Shown: in pieces, positions 51,125-64,000 of the stretch
How positions within the stretch are numbered: the stretch's first letter is position 1
How the letters are laid out: each line of letters opens with the position of its first letter
DNA from: Octopus sinensis
Lineage: Eukaryota
Assembly (NCBI RefSeq): GCF_006345805.1
Contig: NC_043005.1
Coordinates: forward strand, 98,642,001-98,706,000
Direction: 5' to 3'
DNA length: 64,000 nucleotides
Made by a program: the position numbers and the translations under genes
Notes under the pieces: generated by a model
Databases searched by the model: none
The model's input: only the letters and a program-made list of their open reading frames with translations
What the model was told of the DNA's origin: nothing

Positions 51125-51716
51125 ATAGGGTTAGGCTACAATATGAATACCAAAATATTACTAGTTTTATATAAGTAAAGAGATTTGAAGTTACTTAAAA
51201 AAGTATATTATTATTCATATATTATTGATGGGGAACTCAGTAAATAAAATTAAGTATTAAGCAAAACAGGGATTGTGTAGTGGTCCTTGATAAATATAAT
51301 TAATATTATCATTTAAAGAACTAAATATAGTATATATCTAAATTTGATTAATTCTTTCATAAGTAGCAAAATAAGATTGTTGTAATAAGAATGCCATTTA
51401 TAAACTATACAATACTATAATAACTATTATTGTGGTTATTAAATTGAGTTAGCAACTCAAATTATTTATTTATTAATATTATTATTATTAGAATTTTCAT
51501 CAATTAATAAATTAAATGAATGTATTTATACATATAACTATTTAGTATAATGAATACATCTTATTTGTAATATGTAATTAATATTAAATTACCAATATAA
51601 TGATGTATTTTACAGTAACTACAAGAATATGCCCTAAAAGGATTCAAAATTCTGAATTAATCCACTAAAAAATTAATTTTCAAAATTCAACATTACTGTA
51701 TAGATTACATACACCC

Positions 51717-51765
<49 letters not shown>

Positions 51766-52021
51766 CATATACAAATATATACATATACATGCATACACAT
51801 GTGCATATACTTTTACATAGATATATTTATACAAGCAAAATATATACATATATATGTGTGTGTGTGTACAAGAGTGGCTATGTGGTTCCAGGTTCAATCC
51901 CACTGCATGGCACCTTGTGCAAGTATCTTCTACTATAACTTCGGGCCAACCAAAGGCTTGTGAGTGGATTTGGTAGATGGAAACTGAAAGAAGCCTGTTG
52001 TGTGTATGTATATATACATAC

Positions 52022-52053
<32 letters not shown>

Positions 52054-52359
52054 GCAACCAAAAGTACACAGATATATATACCTACATATACACATGCATA
52101 TACACTCACACACACATGTATATATAAATATAGAAACTTACACATTCATATATATGCATATACACACACACATATATACACACACACATATATACATATA
52201 CACACTCACATATACATACACATACACACACACATTATATATATATATATATAATAATGATAATAATAAATAGTTTTAATTTGACTTGCTAATTAAATTT
52301 AATAACCACAGTCATCATTATTATAGTATTGTATATTTTATATATGTGTGTGTGTGTTT

Positions 52360-54200
52360 ATATATCTGTGTACCCTCTTGCAGACTACCTTGTTGCCAAA
52401 TGACAGGGACCATCTCTTTGTAGCTGGCAAATTCAATGGGCATCTTGGACAACATGCAGGGGGCTTCCATGGCCTACATGGAGGCTATGGTTTTGGTTCC
52501 CACAATGAGGAGGGAACCAGGCTGCTGGAGTTCTGTGATGCAAATGATCTTATGGTTTGTAATACTAACTTCAGGAAGCCTGTCAACCACCTATTCACCT
52601 ACCGATCTGGTGGACACACTAGTCAAATTGATTACATCCTTGCCAGAAAATAGGAAAAATGGCTACTTATAAATGCCAAGACCTTCCCAGGTGAAGAATG
52701 CACCCTACAACATAGATTAGTAGTTAGTGACTTCAGGATCAGGACTAAATGGATGCCCAGAAGACAGCCAGCATGGTGAAGGGTCTGGAAGCTTAAGGAT
52801 CCTGCGAATGGACTGAGATTTAGAGACATATTACTCGAAGCTTTTGACAAAATGGAGCGGGATATAGCATCACATGATGTAGAAGATAACTGGAGGTTCT
52901 TCCTGGACAACCTGTTGAGGGCTACTGACCAGATCTGTTGATGGTGCAAAGTCCCCTTTCAACCCAATGTAATGTGGTGGTGGAACAACATAGGTGACAG
53001 GGCCATTAAGGTAAAGAAACCAGCATGGAAGGATGGAGAATGGTGGTAGCAGGGAATTGTATCAGATTGCCAGAAAGGAAGCTAGGAGACAGATAAGAAA
53101 AAATTTGCTAATGTTATGTGTCATGAGGACCAAAGATTTGAAGTATTTTATGTTGCAAGACAGTGTGTGAGAGAGAAAAGTGATGTCATAAGAGAGAAAT
53201 GTGTCTGGATGGATGATAGCTCACTTGCATTTGATGAGGCTGCTAGGAGAGAGCCCATCAGGAATCACTGCAGAGATGCTTAAAATATCTGGTGGAGTCG
53301 GCTATAGTCTAGACACCTGTATAGTCAACCCCAGGTAATACATGAAGGGATCATACCCCATGACTGGTGTAGCAGCACCATGGTCAACTGCTACAAAGGT
53401 AAAGGTGATGCATTAGATACAAATAATTAAAGAGGTATCAAGTTGTTGGACCAGGTAATGAAAGTCATGGAGCGGGTTATAGCCCAACTAATTAGGGAGA
53501 GAGTCAGTCTAAACAAGATGCAGTTTGGGTTTGTGCCTGGGAAAAGCACCACTGATGCTGTATTTCTGGTAAGATAGCTGCAGGAGAAATACCTAACCAA
53601 AGATAAACCTCTGTACTTGGCTTTCATTGACATAGAGAAAACCTTTGACAGGGCCCCTGATCTTTTATCTGGTGGTCAATGCAGAAACTAGGGATAGATG
53701 AGTGGTTAGTGAGAGCTGTACAAGCCATGTACAGGGATGCTGTCAGTAAGGTGAGGGTTGGCAATGAGTACAGTGAAGAATTCCGGGTAGGAGTAGGGGT
53801 CCACCAAGGATCAGTCCTCAGCCCTCTCTTATTCCTCATAGTCCCCCAGGCAATAAGAGAGGAATTCAAGACAGGATTCCTCTGGGAGCTTCTCTATGCT
53901 GATGATCTCACTCTAGTAGCTAAGTCACTATCAGAACTAAAGAAGTTTCAGGTGTGGAAGCAAGGTCTAGAATCGAAGGACCTTAGAATCAATCTAGCAA
54001 AAACCAAAGTCTTAATAAGTAGGAAGGCAGTCAAAGCACTAATCCCTTCAGGTAGATGGCTCTGTAGATCTGTAGAAAAGGCCTAGGTAGAAACTCCACA
54101 AGGTATACCCAGTGTAAGCTATGGACACATAAGAGGTGCAGCAATATCAAAGGAAGATTATCTTCTGTTTTTGTGTGTAGCAGTTGCTTTACAAAGTGTA
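52360..54200 (+). mobile_element. RTE-clade LINE pseudogene (AP endonuclease plus RT), internally deleted and 3'-truncated
   Basis: AGKFNGHLG, GYGFGSHNEEGTRLLEF, TYRSGGHTSQIDYIL (APE-like), and GVHQGSVLSPLLF, ELLYADDL (RT). Confidence 0.92.
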
Positions 54201-56124
54201 CTGGGTGCTTTTTACATGGTATCAACACTGATTCCTCAACTGAGTGGGGTGGCTTGGTGATAGATGTTAAAGTGCTAAATTATGATAAAGGCATAGGAAC
54301 AGGTATATTGTTATAGAGGAAATACATGGCTACCCTAGCTTGAAAAAGATAAAGATGGTGGTGATGATGATTTATCAGGGCATACTCTCAAGATACAAGA
54401 AAATGAATGTAAGAAAAAATGAGAGAATAGGTGAGTTATGAGATTGTGTAAGGAGATGGGCAGATGGATAGAGATAGGAATAAAGGTGAGAGCAGTGGAT
54501 GGTGAACACAGGTGGAGATGATGTGAATCAAGAATATCAGTTTGGCGAGGAAGGAGGAAGAAAATAAAAGCGGGTCAGAGAGGAGGAGATAAGTGGCAGT
54601 ACATTAAGGGGTGTTGTTGGGAATAACAGTATAATAAAACTGTTGGTAAATGAAAAATAGCAAGTTGATGTAAAGTGCATATTGTGCAGTGGGATAAGAG
54701 AGGAATGCACAGTGACAGATGGAAGTCAGAGGTATGTATGGGTGGATATAGTGAGTGACAAACAAAGGTAGCAGTGAGAGGGTGTTCAGTGGAAAATAAA
54801 GTGGTAAGGGGGAATATTTCCTTGCTTGGAAATAGGTGAGAGTTAGCAACAGGAAAGGCATCCAGCTGTAGAAATGCTGCCTCAACAAATTTCATTTCAC
54901 CCATGTAAGCATGAAAAAGGGGATGTTAAATGATGAGGACAATGATGAACATATGTATGACTGGTTGAATAAGCCATTAAATGAAACTTGAAGTCCCAGT
55001 TAAAACTAATTTTGTAATTAATTTGATTATAAATTTGACACTACTTAAATTCTTGTATTAAATTCTCCTATCATTAAATGTTCTGTTGTTATTCCTTAAA
55101 GTTCCTTGAAAGTAGCAGCCTAAAAAATTAACATATGTAATTTATATATGCATGGTAGTGAAATACGAACCTTCATTACTGAGGGTTTGCATAAACTAGG
55201 AAGAACTGTAGTGACCATGCTTTGCTAGACATGTAATGAGCCGAGAAGAAAATTTAGTATAAGAGGAATCAAATGTAATGTGCATTAGAGAAGACTGCAC
55301 CTGTTTGGGCATATGCCGCTTATGAAGGATGATAGCTGCATAAAGAAGTGCCTCATGTTAAAAAAGGAATGGAACTTGTAAAAGAGTTCAGAACACTTAG
55401 GATAAAGTTGTAAAGACTGATTCCACAATGTTGTATCAAACAGAGGAGATGACATAGGACTATCTTGATTGGTGACATGCAGTACTGGAGAAGACTCAAG
55501 CATTCTTGTCGGCATAACAAAACACGTGTTAAAATTGGTGGTAAGGATGAAGCTGGGAGGCATAAAAATTCATCCTCTACAGTTCAGGCTACATCTGTTT
55601 GCCTGCCTTAGTTCTCTGATCTCCTTTCATTTGGCTCATCTCTTCAAGTCACTGTTCTATACTGTCAGTGTAACTAATGACTGCAGTAAACCTCTTCAAT
55701 ACTTGCTTTGTAAAGAGGGCTTTCATGGCATCTGTCTGATCCCACCTCCTATTCACTATTCTGTGCTACCTGTGTAATGAAGGACTGTATTGGGCCTTCT
55801 CACCACCATCCTTATCACTTTACATTTCTTGCCTATCATTAGGCCTGTATAATGGATTGTAAGTGATGTGCATGGAGGATGATAGCTGAATGAAAGAGTG
55901 TAATTGTTTTCAAAGTGGATGAGCTTGTAGAAGGAGAACGAAGAAGACTGGGAACAAAGTGGTGAAGGCCGATCCCACAATGTTGGATCTTATGAAAGAG
56001 ATAGCAAAAGAATTTGTAGATTGGCAGCATGTTGTGCCAGAGAAGACTTGACCACCTGTGCAAGCATGGAGAAATGTATGTTAAGAATGGTGGTAGTGAT
56101 GGAGACTGGGGGGCATAATGTATA

Positions 56125-56166
<42 letters not shown>

Positions 56167-57065
56167 ATGTACTGCCCAGTTTATATCTGCTACTTCTTTC
56201 ACTTTTTTGATATCCCTCCAGTTCTGTATCACTCATCCCTACGTTGCTCTTCTCTTCTGTTCACTGTATTACCCTGTCAGTGGTAACTAAGGGGCCAATA
56301 GATCTCTCCAGTTCCATGTACAATGCTTCCCATGTAATTAAGTATGTCACTTAACCTTTCTGGTTCTCTCATTTTGCTGACACTCATTCTTTTATTCACT
56401 GTACCATACTGCAGGTGTAAAGAGGGACAATATTGAACTTCTATATATTGAATCCACTCTACCACCATCCTTATAACTTAACTTCTCTCATCTATTACAA
56501 GTCCTATATATAAGGGATTGTATTGAAATTGCTTCTTTCCTATACACACTACTGCTTCTCTTTTGCTATTGTCTGTCATTACTTTCTCTTTTTTGGACCA
56601 ATTGTTATTGATACCCATCACTCATGCTTACTGTTGTCCACCTTTGTTACAATCTACCACCTCCTCATTTTCTACCAACGTACTCTTGCACCCTTCATGT
56701 ACCTATTCTGGTTCTTCTTCTTTCATCACTTTCTCTTCTGTTCACTTTTTCAGTCACCATGCCTTGTTAAAATGTACCCTGTACTCTCTGTAAAGTGCTT
56801 GGTGAATGAGTGGATGCAGTGTTGGGTTGAAAGAAGACATAACAGCTTTTCTAGTGCTGGGGCTGCAATAAAATGCACTCTGTACACTCTGTAAAGTGGC
56901 TGGTGACAGAAAGAGTGTCTAGTTGTAGAAGCCAAGTCACAAAAATGAAACATTCAAGTGAGACATAGTTCTCTGACCTTTCTAAATGACCCATCCAACC
57001 TGTGACAGCATGAAAACAGATTTAAAATGATGCTGATGATGATGTACTTTTGAAATTTGTTTTAG

Positions 57066-57210
57066 ATGCTGGAGAGATGATTGGTGCTGTGTCTTGTATG
57101 AAATGGACACCTGATGAAACAGCTCTGGCTATGTGCTGGCAACATGGTGGATTCTCACTCTGGAGTGTCTTTGGTGCTCTTTTAGTATGCACTCTGGGTG
57201 GCGATTATTG
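57066..57210 (+). CDS. RIC1: RIC1 coding exon (approx. exon 9), [47 protein letters not shown]
   Basis: tttag acceptor and GTAAGT donor, 145 nt, phase 1-2. Strong match to human [42 protein letters not shown]. Confidence 0.97.
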
Positions 57211-58673
57211 GTAAGTTTACGAGATTATTCTACTCCAAATTTATTTTTTTCATCCAGTGGGAAATAGTGTCTACTTTTCAGACTGAGTGAAAACATTTTG
57301 TTTAGTTTTGGGAGTTTTAGTTGTATCTCTAATTTAATTTAAGAGCCCCCACAGTATATATCTATGTACTTGGAAACTGGTTGAAATAAGAATTAGTCAC
57401 ATAGGCTGGTCAAGAATATTTGTAGGAGACTATTTTCTCTTTTTTAAGTTTTTCTCCATATTCACTTCTTTTAGGTTTTTTTTTCTCTTGGAAATTTTAC
57501 TTCAATTTCTATTCATATTCTAAATGTGACTGTCAACCAAATGTACATTTGTTAAGAGGAGACTAGTGTGCAAGCAGAGACCACAAATACTTTTCTGATT
57601 TTGAAAGAATTATGTCTGTGTAAACAGTTTTAAGAAATCAGGAACATTAGGTTGTAGAAATATAATTTCACATTTCCTTGATAGCTTTTAGTCAGTGATA
57701 CATGTAAAATGTTTTCAAGCTAGGTGAAAGATTTTAGAGATATAAAATAAATGCTAAGGTGCTCTTAAATATTTATCTAACAGCATGAGTGAGAACTCAT
57801 TTAATGGAGAACTCATTTAATGCAGTAACAGTATTTATACATTCCAACCATCCTGGTTTTAGCAAAATGGGAGAAATTTTTTTAATACATAAATGGAAAC
57901 AAATACAATAAAAATAGCTACTTAATTCCTTGATGTACTAAAATCTAGGTTTTGCAACAGTATAGGCTGTTTAGCTTAAAAGGCAACTGAACTATTCTGT
58001 TTGCCTACCATTTTTGTACTAGAAAGAAGACAGTGTCTCACTCTTCAAGAATGGGAATGACCAAGTTTAAAAATCTGCAGGATCTCACTCCTAAGGGAAT
58101 CTTATATTGCTTATAAACTCTATATTTGGAAGGACTCATATTAAACTCTGTTGGACTTTCAGATTTTACTCAAAGGATATTGGAATATTGCATATATACC
58201 ATTATGCCTATAAAACGGATTTGCAACTTCAATACCCACACATATCTTACATCTATTTTCTTTCCTCCATCTCAATCTCTATTTTGTATCACATCTAAAC
58301 TAACTATGACTTAATTTTCCTCTCACACTGTCTCCGATGAAGGGATATTATTAATTAAGACCTATCTATAAATGTTCTAATATCTATACAGTCTTGGTTT
58401 TTTATCTCATTATGCAAAAAATTCTTATATATATATATATATATACACACACACATTTCCCTAACTATTATGAGTCAGATGTCAAAGAAATTTTAAATAA
58501 TTTCCTTGTTCGTATTGTCTTGTAAACATTGTTTGATCTTCAGTGTTGAGGCAGTTGTGTGGTTCTTCTCTTAATTTAGAGTTTGTTTTTTAACATAGCT
58601 GATTTAGTGGAATATTTTAAACCTATTTTATACTTATGGTTTAATATTTACTGAACTTTGAATATATTTTTAG

Positions 58674-58722
58674 GTTCCCAAAATCTGAAAGTAAGCTTTA
58701 TCCTTCTCCTGTTAAAAGCATG
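58674..58722 (+). CDS. RIC1: RIC1 small coding exon (approx. exon 10), FPKSESKLYPSPVKSM
   Basis: ttttag acceptor and GTAAGT donor, 49 nt, phase 2-0, which is exactly what both neighbours require. Same number of residues as human YRSDGTKKDPLKINSM. Confidence 0.82.
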
Positions 58723-59529
58723 GTAAGTACCCCTTACATATCTATGGTGTTTTATGCATGAGAATATGTTCGTGCATGTTTGTGTGTGTGAGGAAGAGAT
58801 AGTGTTTGGAATACCTTGTGTATTATTAGCATTTGCCAGAGATCGAATCATATTGTTAAGTATATCTGTTTATTATCTCCAGTTTTCCTTTAACTATATC
58901 TAGGTGTGTTTTTGCTTGGATATAATAACTATAATATGAATATACTGTGTTTACCAACTGAAATGTAATTTATATTTAGAAAATGTCAGATATAAAGGAT
59001 GGATTACAAGTAAATACAATTTATTAACTTTACAGCTTGAAAGCATAGATAAATTTGATATTCTCCAGTAAGTTATGTTTTTAATTTTCCTCATCAGCAG
59101 AATCAAATTTCCCAACACCATATCATTATCTTTTAAATGGCAATGAACTTAGCATTCCTAACTTCATATCTCTAATCATAAAACTGACCAAATAAATATA
59201 AATATCTTTCTTGGCAGTTATGGTCATTTGTAAGAATTCTATATTTGCATCCAATGCCCTTTTCTATATTACTTGTAAATAGGACAACAAGTATTAGCAA
59301 TATTTCATCGGCAGACTTACAGCTGGCCAACATGACAGGTGTTGGATTCAGCATAGGAGTGGCTGTGTGGTAAGTAGCTTGCTTACCAACCACATGGTCC
59401 CCAGTGAATGGATTTGGTAGAAGGAAACTGGAAGAAGCCTGTTATATCATCATCATCATCGTTTAACGTCCGCTTTCCATGCTAGCATGGGTTGGACGAT
59501 TTGACTGAGGACTGGCGGACCAGATGTCC

Positions 59530-60500
59530 ATTGAAGATGATGAGAAATCTGGAGGGTATTTTATTACAATGGACTATGATCATGTTGCAAAAGTACAGGT
59601 TGTGATCCATGAAAATTCATCACCTGACAATCTGCAAAGTTTCTGATGAAATGGGTTTCTAAAATTTTGTGTCACATGATTTATAAGAAAATTTGAAGAC
59701 ATATCGTGTTACAACATTTGTAGTGCATCCGTTGGCAGATGAGCAAAAAAGAGAAACAAGTCTTTATTGTTCAACACTGATGGAAACTTAAAAAATATAA
59801 CAGTTGATGAAATATGGATATACAGATACAATGTTGAACAAAATGACAGTTGTAATAGTGAATTGGATCATTAATGCTGTTTAAAAAAAAAGAGCTTAAA
59901 TATGAAGGTGGTATTCATCATCTTTTGTTTGTGAAGATATCACTCATCATGTGTTTATCTCATGTGCTCAGATTGATCTCTAAGATTTTATTTGGATGCC
60001 GTGTAACTTTTGAAAGAGTTGCTATGAAGGGTAAGTCTCAGGCATGGACAAACAAGACATGAATACTACTCTGTGACAATGTATTTGTTTAGATATCGCT
60101 CCTTATCATTGATGATCTTTTTGTAAAGTACTAGCAGACTCTTGTTCCCGCCGGGCGAAATGCGTAGCCGTATTTCGTCTGCCATTACGTTCTGAGTTCA
60201 AATTCTGCCGAGGTCGACTTTGCCTTTCATCCTTTCGGGGTCGATTAAATAAGTACCAGTTATGCACTGGAGTCAATATAATCGACTTAATCCGTTTGTC
60301 TGTCCTTGTTTGTCCCCTCTGTGTTTAGCCCCTTGTGGGTAGTAAAGAAATATATATTACTCTCAGGATTTTTGCCTATTGGAAATTTTTTTGCATTCCC
60401 AAAGCCGAAATCTACGATGAAATATCACTGATTTTAGATGATAGAAGAAATTGAAGAAAATTCACTCTGCAGTGCCTTTGAAAATGTGTTCCAAAACAGA
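59530..60500 (+). mobile_element. Degenerate mariner transposase remnant interrupted by a SINE
   Basis: Fragments VHPLADEQK, TVDEIWIYRYNVE and NFFAFPKPKSTMK resemble the mariner WVPHxL, DETW and DFFLFPKLK motifs. Confidence 0.55.
60146..60352 (+). mobile_element. tRNA-head SINE (family C)
   Basis: GCCGGGCGAAATGCG...GAGTTCAAATTC...GCCCCTTGTGGGTAGTAAAGAAATA. Confidence 0.8.
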
Positions 60501-60628
60501 CCTTCCTCCCAGCTACCCCCCCCCCCAATCTATTGGGAACAGTGTATCAACAGGTGACTCCAATTATCTTGTATAAAAAGAAATTGTTATTTTATAATAC
60601 AACTTCAGTGGTACTTTTTCTCATGTAG

Positions 60629-60808
60629 GAGTGGGGTATTGAGGGATATCACCTATGGATGATCTGTAAATGCTTTACTGAGGAAGATAACTCATCTACT
60701 GAAGATGAAGATCCATCTGAAGAGGAGGAGGAGGTGGAGGAGTCCCCTACTACTCAACTTTTACAAATGCAGTTTGTGAAAAGTTCTTTAACATCTAATC
60801 CTTGTATG
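60629..60808 (+). CDS. RIC1: RIC1 coding exon (approx. exon 11), EWGIEGYHLWMICK...QLLQMQFVKSSLTSNPCM
   Basis: tgtag acceptor and GTAAGT donor, 180 nt, phase 0-0. Matches human SWGAEGYHLWV...LLFQFIKSVLTVNPCM. Confidence 0.95.
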
Positions 60809-63014
60809 GTAAGTTTCTCTATTTCTGGTTCCTTCTCAGACAATACAGCTCTCAAAATTAAGATAGTTATTGCATTTTCAAAAAATCTTGTTCCCTTTTC
60901 TCTGGTTTCAGTCTTTGGACTGCAGCCATAATGGGGCACTATCTTCAGCAAACTTCTTAATCATTCATCTATGCCTACACTTGGATAACATTAGGATCAT
61001 TGTATTATTGTGTATCTGTGTGTGGTCAGTCTATTGGCAAAATGGATTAGTATGTGTGTGTGTTGTTGATTCAACACTGTGAATTTTGCCAAGTCAGTGG
61101 GTAAATTATAAAGATGTTTTGTCTTTTCAACAGTTAAGGTTGTTTTAATGTATTAAACTACTGTACCTAATGATTACTTTTAATAATTTATTTAATGGGA
61201 AAATAAAATTTAGGTCTAATTACATCACCATAAAATATCCAACATTTGTGCAGTGTTAATTTCGAGCAAATAAATGTGGAAAATATTGGCGAATGTGTTC
61301 TGGACTGACGGCAGTTTGGATAGAGGCATATAATGAAATGGCAACAGCAAGTGTAAACTGAAGCTTTTGGAAGTCATCAGTACTTTCTGCTAAGTTGATG
61401 TACTGAAAGTAGACCATATTCAAATAGTCTGTGCTTTGGATAAAGGAACAAATGTCGAGAAATAGCAACCTGGTTATTCAACCAAAGGTTTTTACCTCAC
61501 AAAGGGCAATAAAGTTGGTGTCCTTGAGTAATTTTTTTTCTCAGTCAATATAATGATTCAATACCTGCATGTGTAGATTATTGTACGTCAATATAGAAGT
61601 TATGGTATTTCTAATTTGGCAAGTCAGGAAAAAGTTATATTTTGCTGAGAAGGTCTTATGCAACTGCAAAATGCCTGGAGTTGTTGCCCATATTTGCCTG
61701 TATCAGATTTAATTAAAATCTGTCATTCAGCTTGTGTTTTCTTCTTGCTGCATAAGTATTATTATTAATTTTTTCTCCTTTTATATTCTGATGCCACTAA
61801 CTATAAAAGATATATATGGAAAGTGTAATTACTGCATGGCATGGGAATCTGATTGGAGCCATATAGTGTCTTGGGACGATGAGTGAGTTGAACTTAAAGA
61901 AAACCTGAGAATGAATTGAGAAGCAAAAATACATCAAGGACATTGCCAGACGGTTGAATCTGCCATAGTGAAAGCAGGATACATAATGGGTGGAGATGGA
62001 AAATATTTTTGTTTAAGATAAACTAAACAAAGAGGCTTTGGAGGGAGTAGTTGAGTCAGAGATGAGATTGTTTCATCTGATGAAGTAACACAAGTTTGAA
62101 ACATGTATGGTTGTAGTGCAGATTTGTGCTGAAAGAGAAAATGGTGATCACACATCCTAATTAAAACTTCCCTATGGCGACTCGGTTCCAGATCTGAATA
62201 ATAATTCTGACTTTCAGTTTTTGTTTTGACAATACTATTTGTCAAGAAGGAAACTTTGAGGAACTGTAATATTAAGATTATTTCCCATAACCTTGCAATG
62301 TCTATCATGTGTTGATGAACTTTGATGGTAAAGAAGAAAAATGCCAACAGAAAGACTTAATTTGAACTTGTAGTATTAAGCTGTATAACCATAAAATCTA
62401 ATTCCAGCTGTTTACTATTGTTGTTTTACTAAGGTTACATGTTTTGTTAACTTTTCAATCTGAGTTTCTTGTTTTTTTGTTAAAGAGCAAATGTTAGCTC
62501 TAAGTTGTATATGTTGAGCAAGTTGTCCCCCCCTACATAAACTAGATTTTTTTTTAACGGTATAGTCAAAGGAAATGGTTGTCACTCATGATGCTCTTCA
62601 AGAACTCCAAGACTACCGAGAGGAAGGAAGGCCTGACCTGAAAACTTACAGCACAATGTTTAAGCTAAAGACTCCTTAGAGTCAAGGCATGATGTTAAAT
62701 TGGAAGATGGATTAAACCTAGTAGCCAAGAATAACAACAACTCTTCCAGTGGGGCTTTCTCATAGTTTGTGCCTCTCAAATTTCACTTATTAGGCTTTGA
62801 TTTAGCTATGACGGTGGTACTAGACATTTCTCCACGGCAGTGTCTTGTGAGATCGACTCTGTTGAATAAAGTCTTGCTTTACAGTTTCTCTTGTTATTAC
62901 TTCTTATGACAGTATACTGTACTCAGTATTTACCAAAATTTATTTACTTCTTTATTTTTTTGTTCAGACCCAATTTTCGTGTGGCTAACTAAATCGTTTT
63001 GACATCTTTTCCAG

Positions 63015-63212
63015 GCAAATCATGAACACCTTTTCCTTCAAGGAGATGATAAACTTTATTTGAATATTGGAGACTCAGTTTTCAAGGTTTCAAACTCCAA
63101 TGTGTCCCCCTCTGTTACGTCTTCCCCCATCTCTCATGTGTTGGTTGGCAATAAACAGTGGCAGGTTATACCAATCTCACACAGCTACCTCTCAGCTAAC
63201 TGGCCAATAAGA
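63015..63212 (+). CDS. RIC1: RIC1 coding exon (approx. exon 12), ANHEHLFLQGDDKLYLNIGD...LVGNKQWQVIPISHSYLSANWPIR
   Basis: ttttccag acceptor and GTAAGT donor, 198 nt, phase 0-0. Matches human NQEQVLLQGEDRLYLN...[23 protein letters not shown]. Confidence 0.96.
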
Positions 63213-63521
63213 GTAAGTTCAAACTATTGTTGTTGATGGTGTTATTTTTAAAATATGTTTGCTGTCGTTCATGTTGCTGCTGCAACTGTTCTGAAAAGAA
63301 CATCTCTATTTTTTTTTTTTCATAGTTGACCTACCATATATATTAAGAAGAGTCATTAATATCTATCTCTGCTGTACTCTTTCGCCACAACTTTCTCTCA
63401 CTCTTTCTTCTGTTGGCCTGCTCGCTTAGCCAGCGGGGTGGCGTCATTTGAAGGCTAAAACAATGCGAAGCGCATTGTGACCAGCGATGTGTAGCGACAT
63501 CTAATAGCCTGGTCGGTCACG

Positions 63522-63565
<44 letters not shown>

Positions 63566-63962
63566 GAGAGAGATTGAGACTGTGTGAATGTGTTGGGGTG
63601 TTGGTAAATAAAATGCAACAGCCGTGCAAGGGAGGTAACAATCTGTGTGGTGTTGTTTATTTGAAACCCTTGTTGCTTTTCTGCATACTCTACTAGAAAA
63701 TTCCGGAATAAGTTTGTTGGTGTGGACATGACTAATATATCATTGAACCCAAACAGGCAGAATTCATGATGAACGTAGGAGAATAGCTTGTGGAATATCT
63801 TTATTGAAAATGTCAAAGTGGTTCATTGATATATTAAATAAAACATTGAAGTTATTAAAAAAGAATAGTCTTTAATCATTGTATTTATTTCTTATATTAA
63901 TGTAAATACCTATGTTAGTAGGATCATTGACTATTTTGATTTATGGTATCTCATTAAACAGA

Positions 63963-64000
63963 TAAGGCGGCGAGCTGGCAGAATCATTAGCACGCCGGGC
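63963..64000 (+). mobile_element. tRNA-head SINE (family C) 5' end, truncated by the window
   Basis: AAGGCGGCGAGCTGGCAGAATCATTAGCACGCCGGGC. Confidence 0.65.

Noticed and set aside
49860-51690. Very AT-rich tract that might be a decayed Penelope ORF
   Set aside because: No RT or GIY-YIG motif could be read reliably by eye. A tBLASTx or Dfam search would be needed.
51673-52273. Several ORFs up to 146 aa
   Set aside because: Artefacts of (TA)n/(CA)n microsatellites and a SINE.
58674-58690. Earlier GTAAGC donor inside the 49-nt exon
   Set aside because: It gives a 17-nt exon ending in phase 1, which is incompatible with the phase-0 start of 60629.
59985-60030. Candidate exon ending at the GTAAGT at 60031
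   Set aside because: Joining it to the upstream TG creates TGA, and the region lies within the mariner remnant.
61934-62347. 137-aa minus-strand ORF
   Set aside because: No recognisable motif, splice context or codon pattern, and it is antisense within a RIC1 intron.

Overview
AT-rich, repeat-dense animal genomic DNA, most likely an octopus or other coleoid cephalopod. That assignment is an inference from the SINE/RTE repeat content and the large introns. The window holds 11 consecutive coding exons (about exons 2-12, 1311 nt, 437 codons) of a plus-strand RIC1 gene (RAB6A GEF complex partner). All junctions are GT-AG and the reading frame stays open across them. The first exon and the 3' half of the gene lie outside the window. 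The introns contain two Tc1 elements, an internally deleted Ty3/Gypsy element, RTE-type LINE copies carrying a PHD-like finger, a CR1-like fragment, a mariner remnant, two non-autonomous Helitrons, piggyBac-type MITEs, several SINE families and a 19-bp minisatellite. The most unusual signal is a set of fold-back or tandem repeats of unrelated sequence that each carry a minimal type I hammerhead ribozyme fold with a palindromic stem III. Their catalytic cores show compensatory changes at the 3-8 pair (C-G, U-A, G-C). This is consistent with several Penelope-like or retrozyme families inserted in RIC1 introns. All folds were read by eye and none has been tested.
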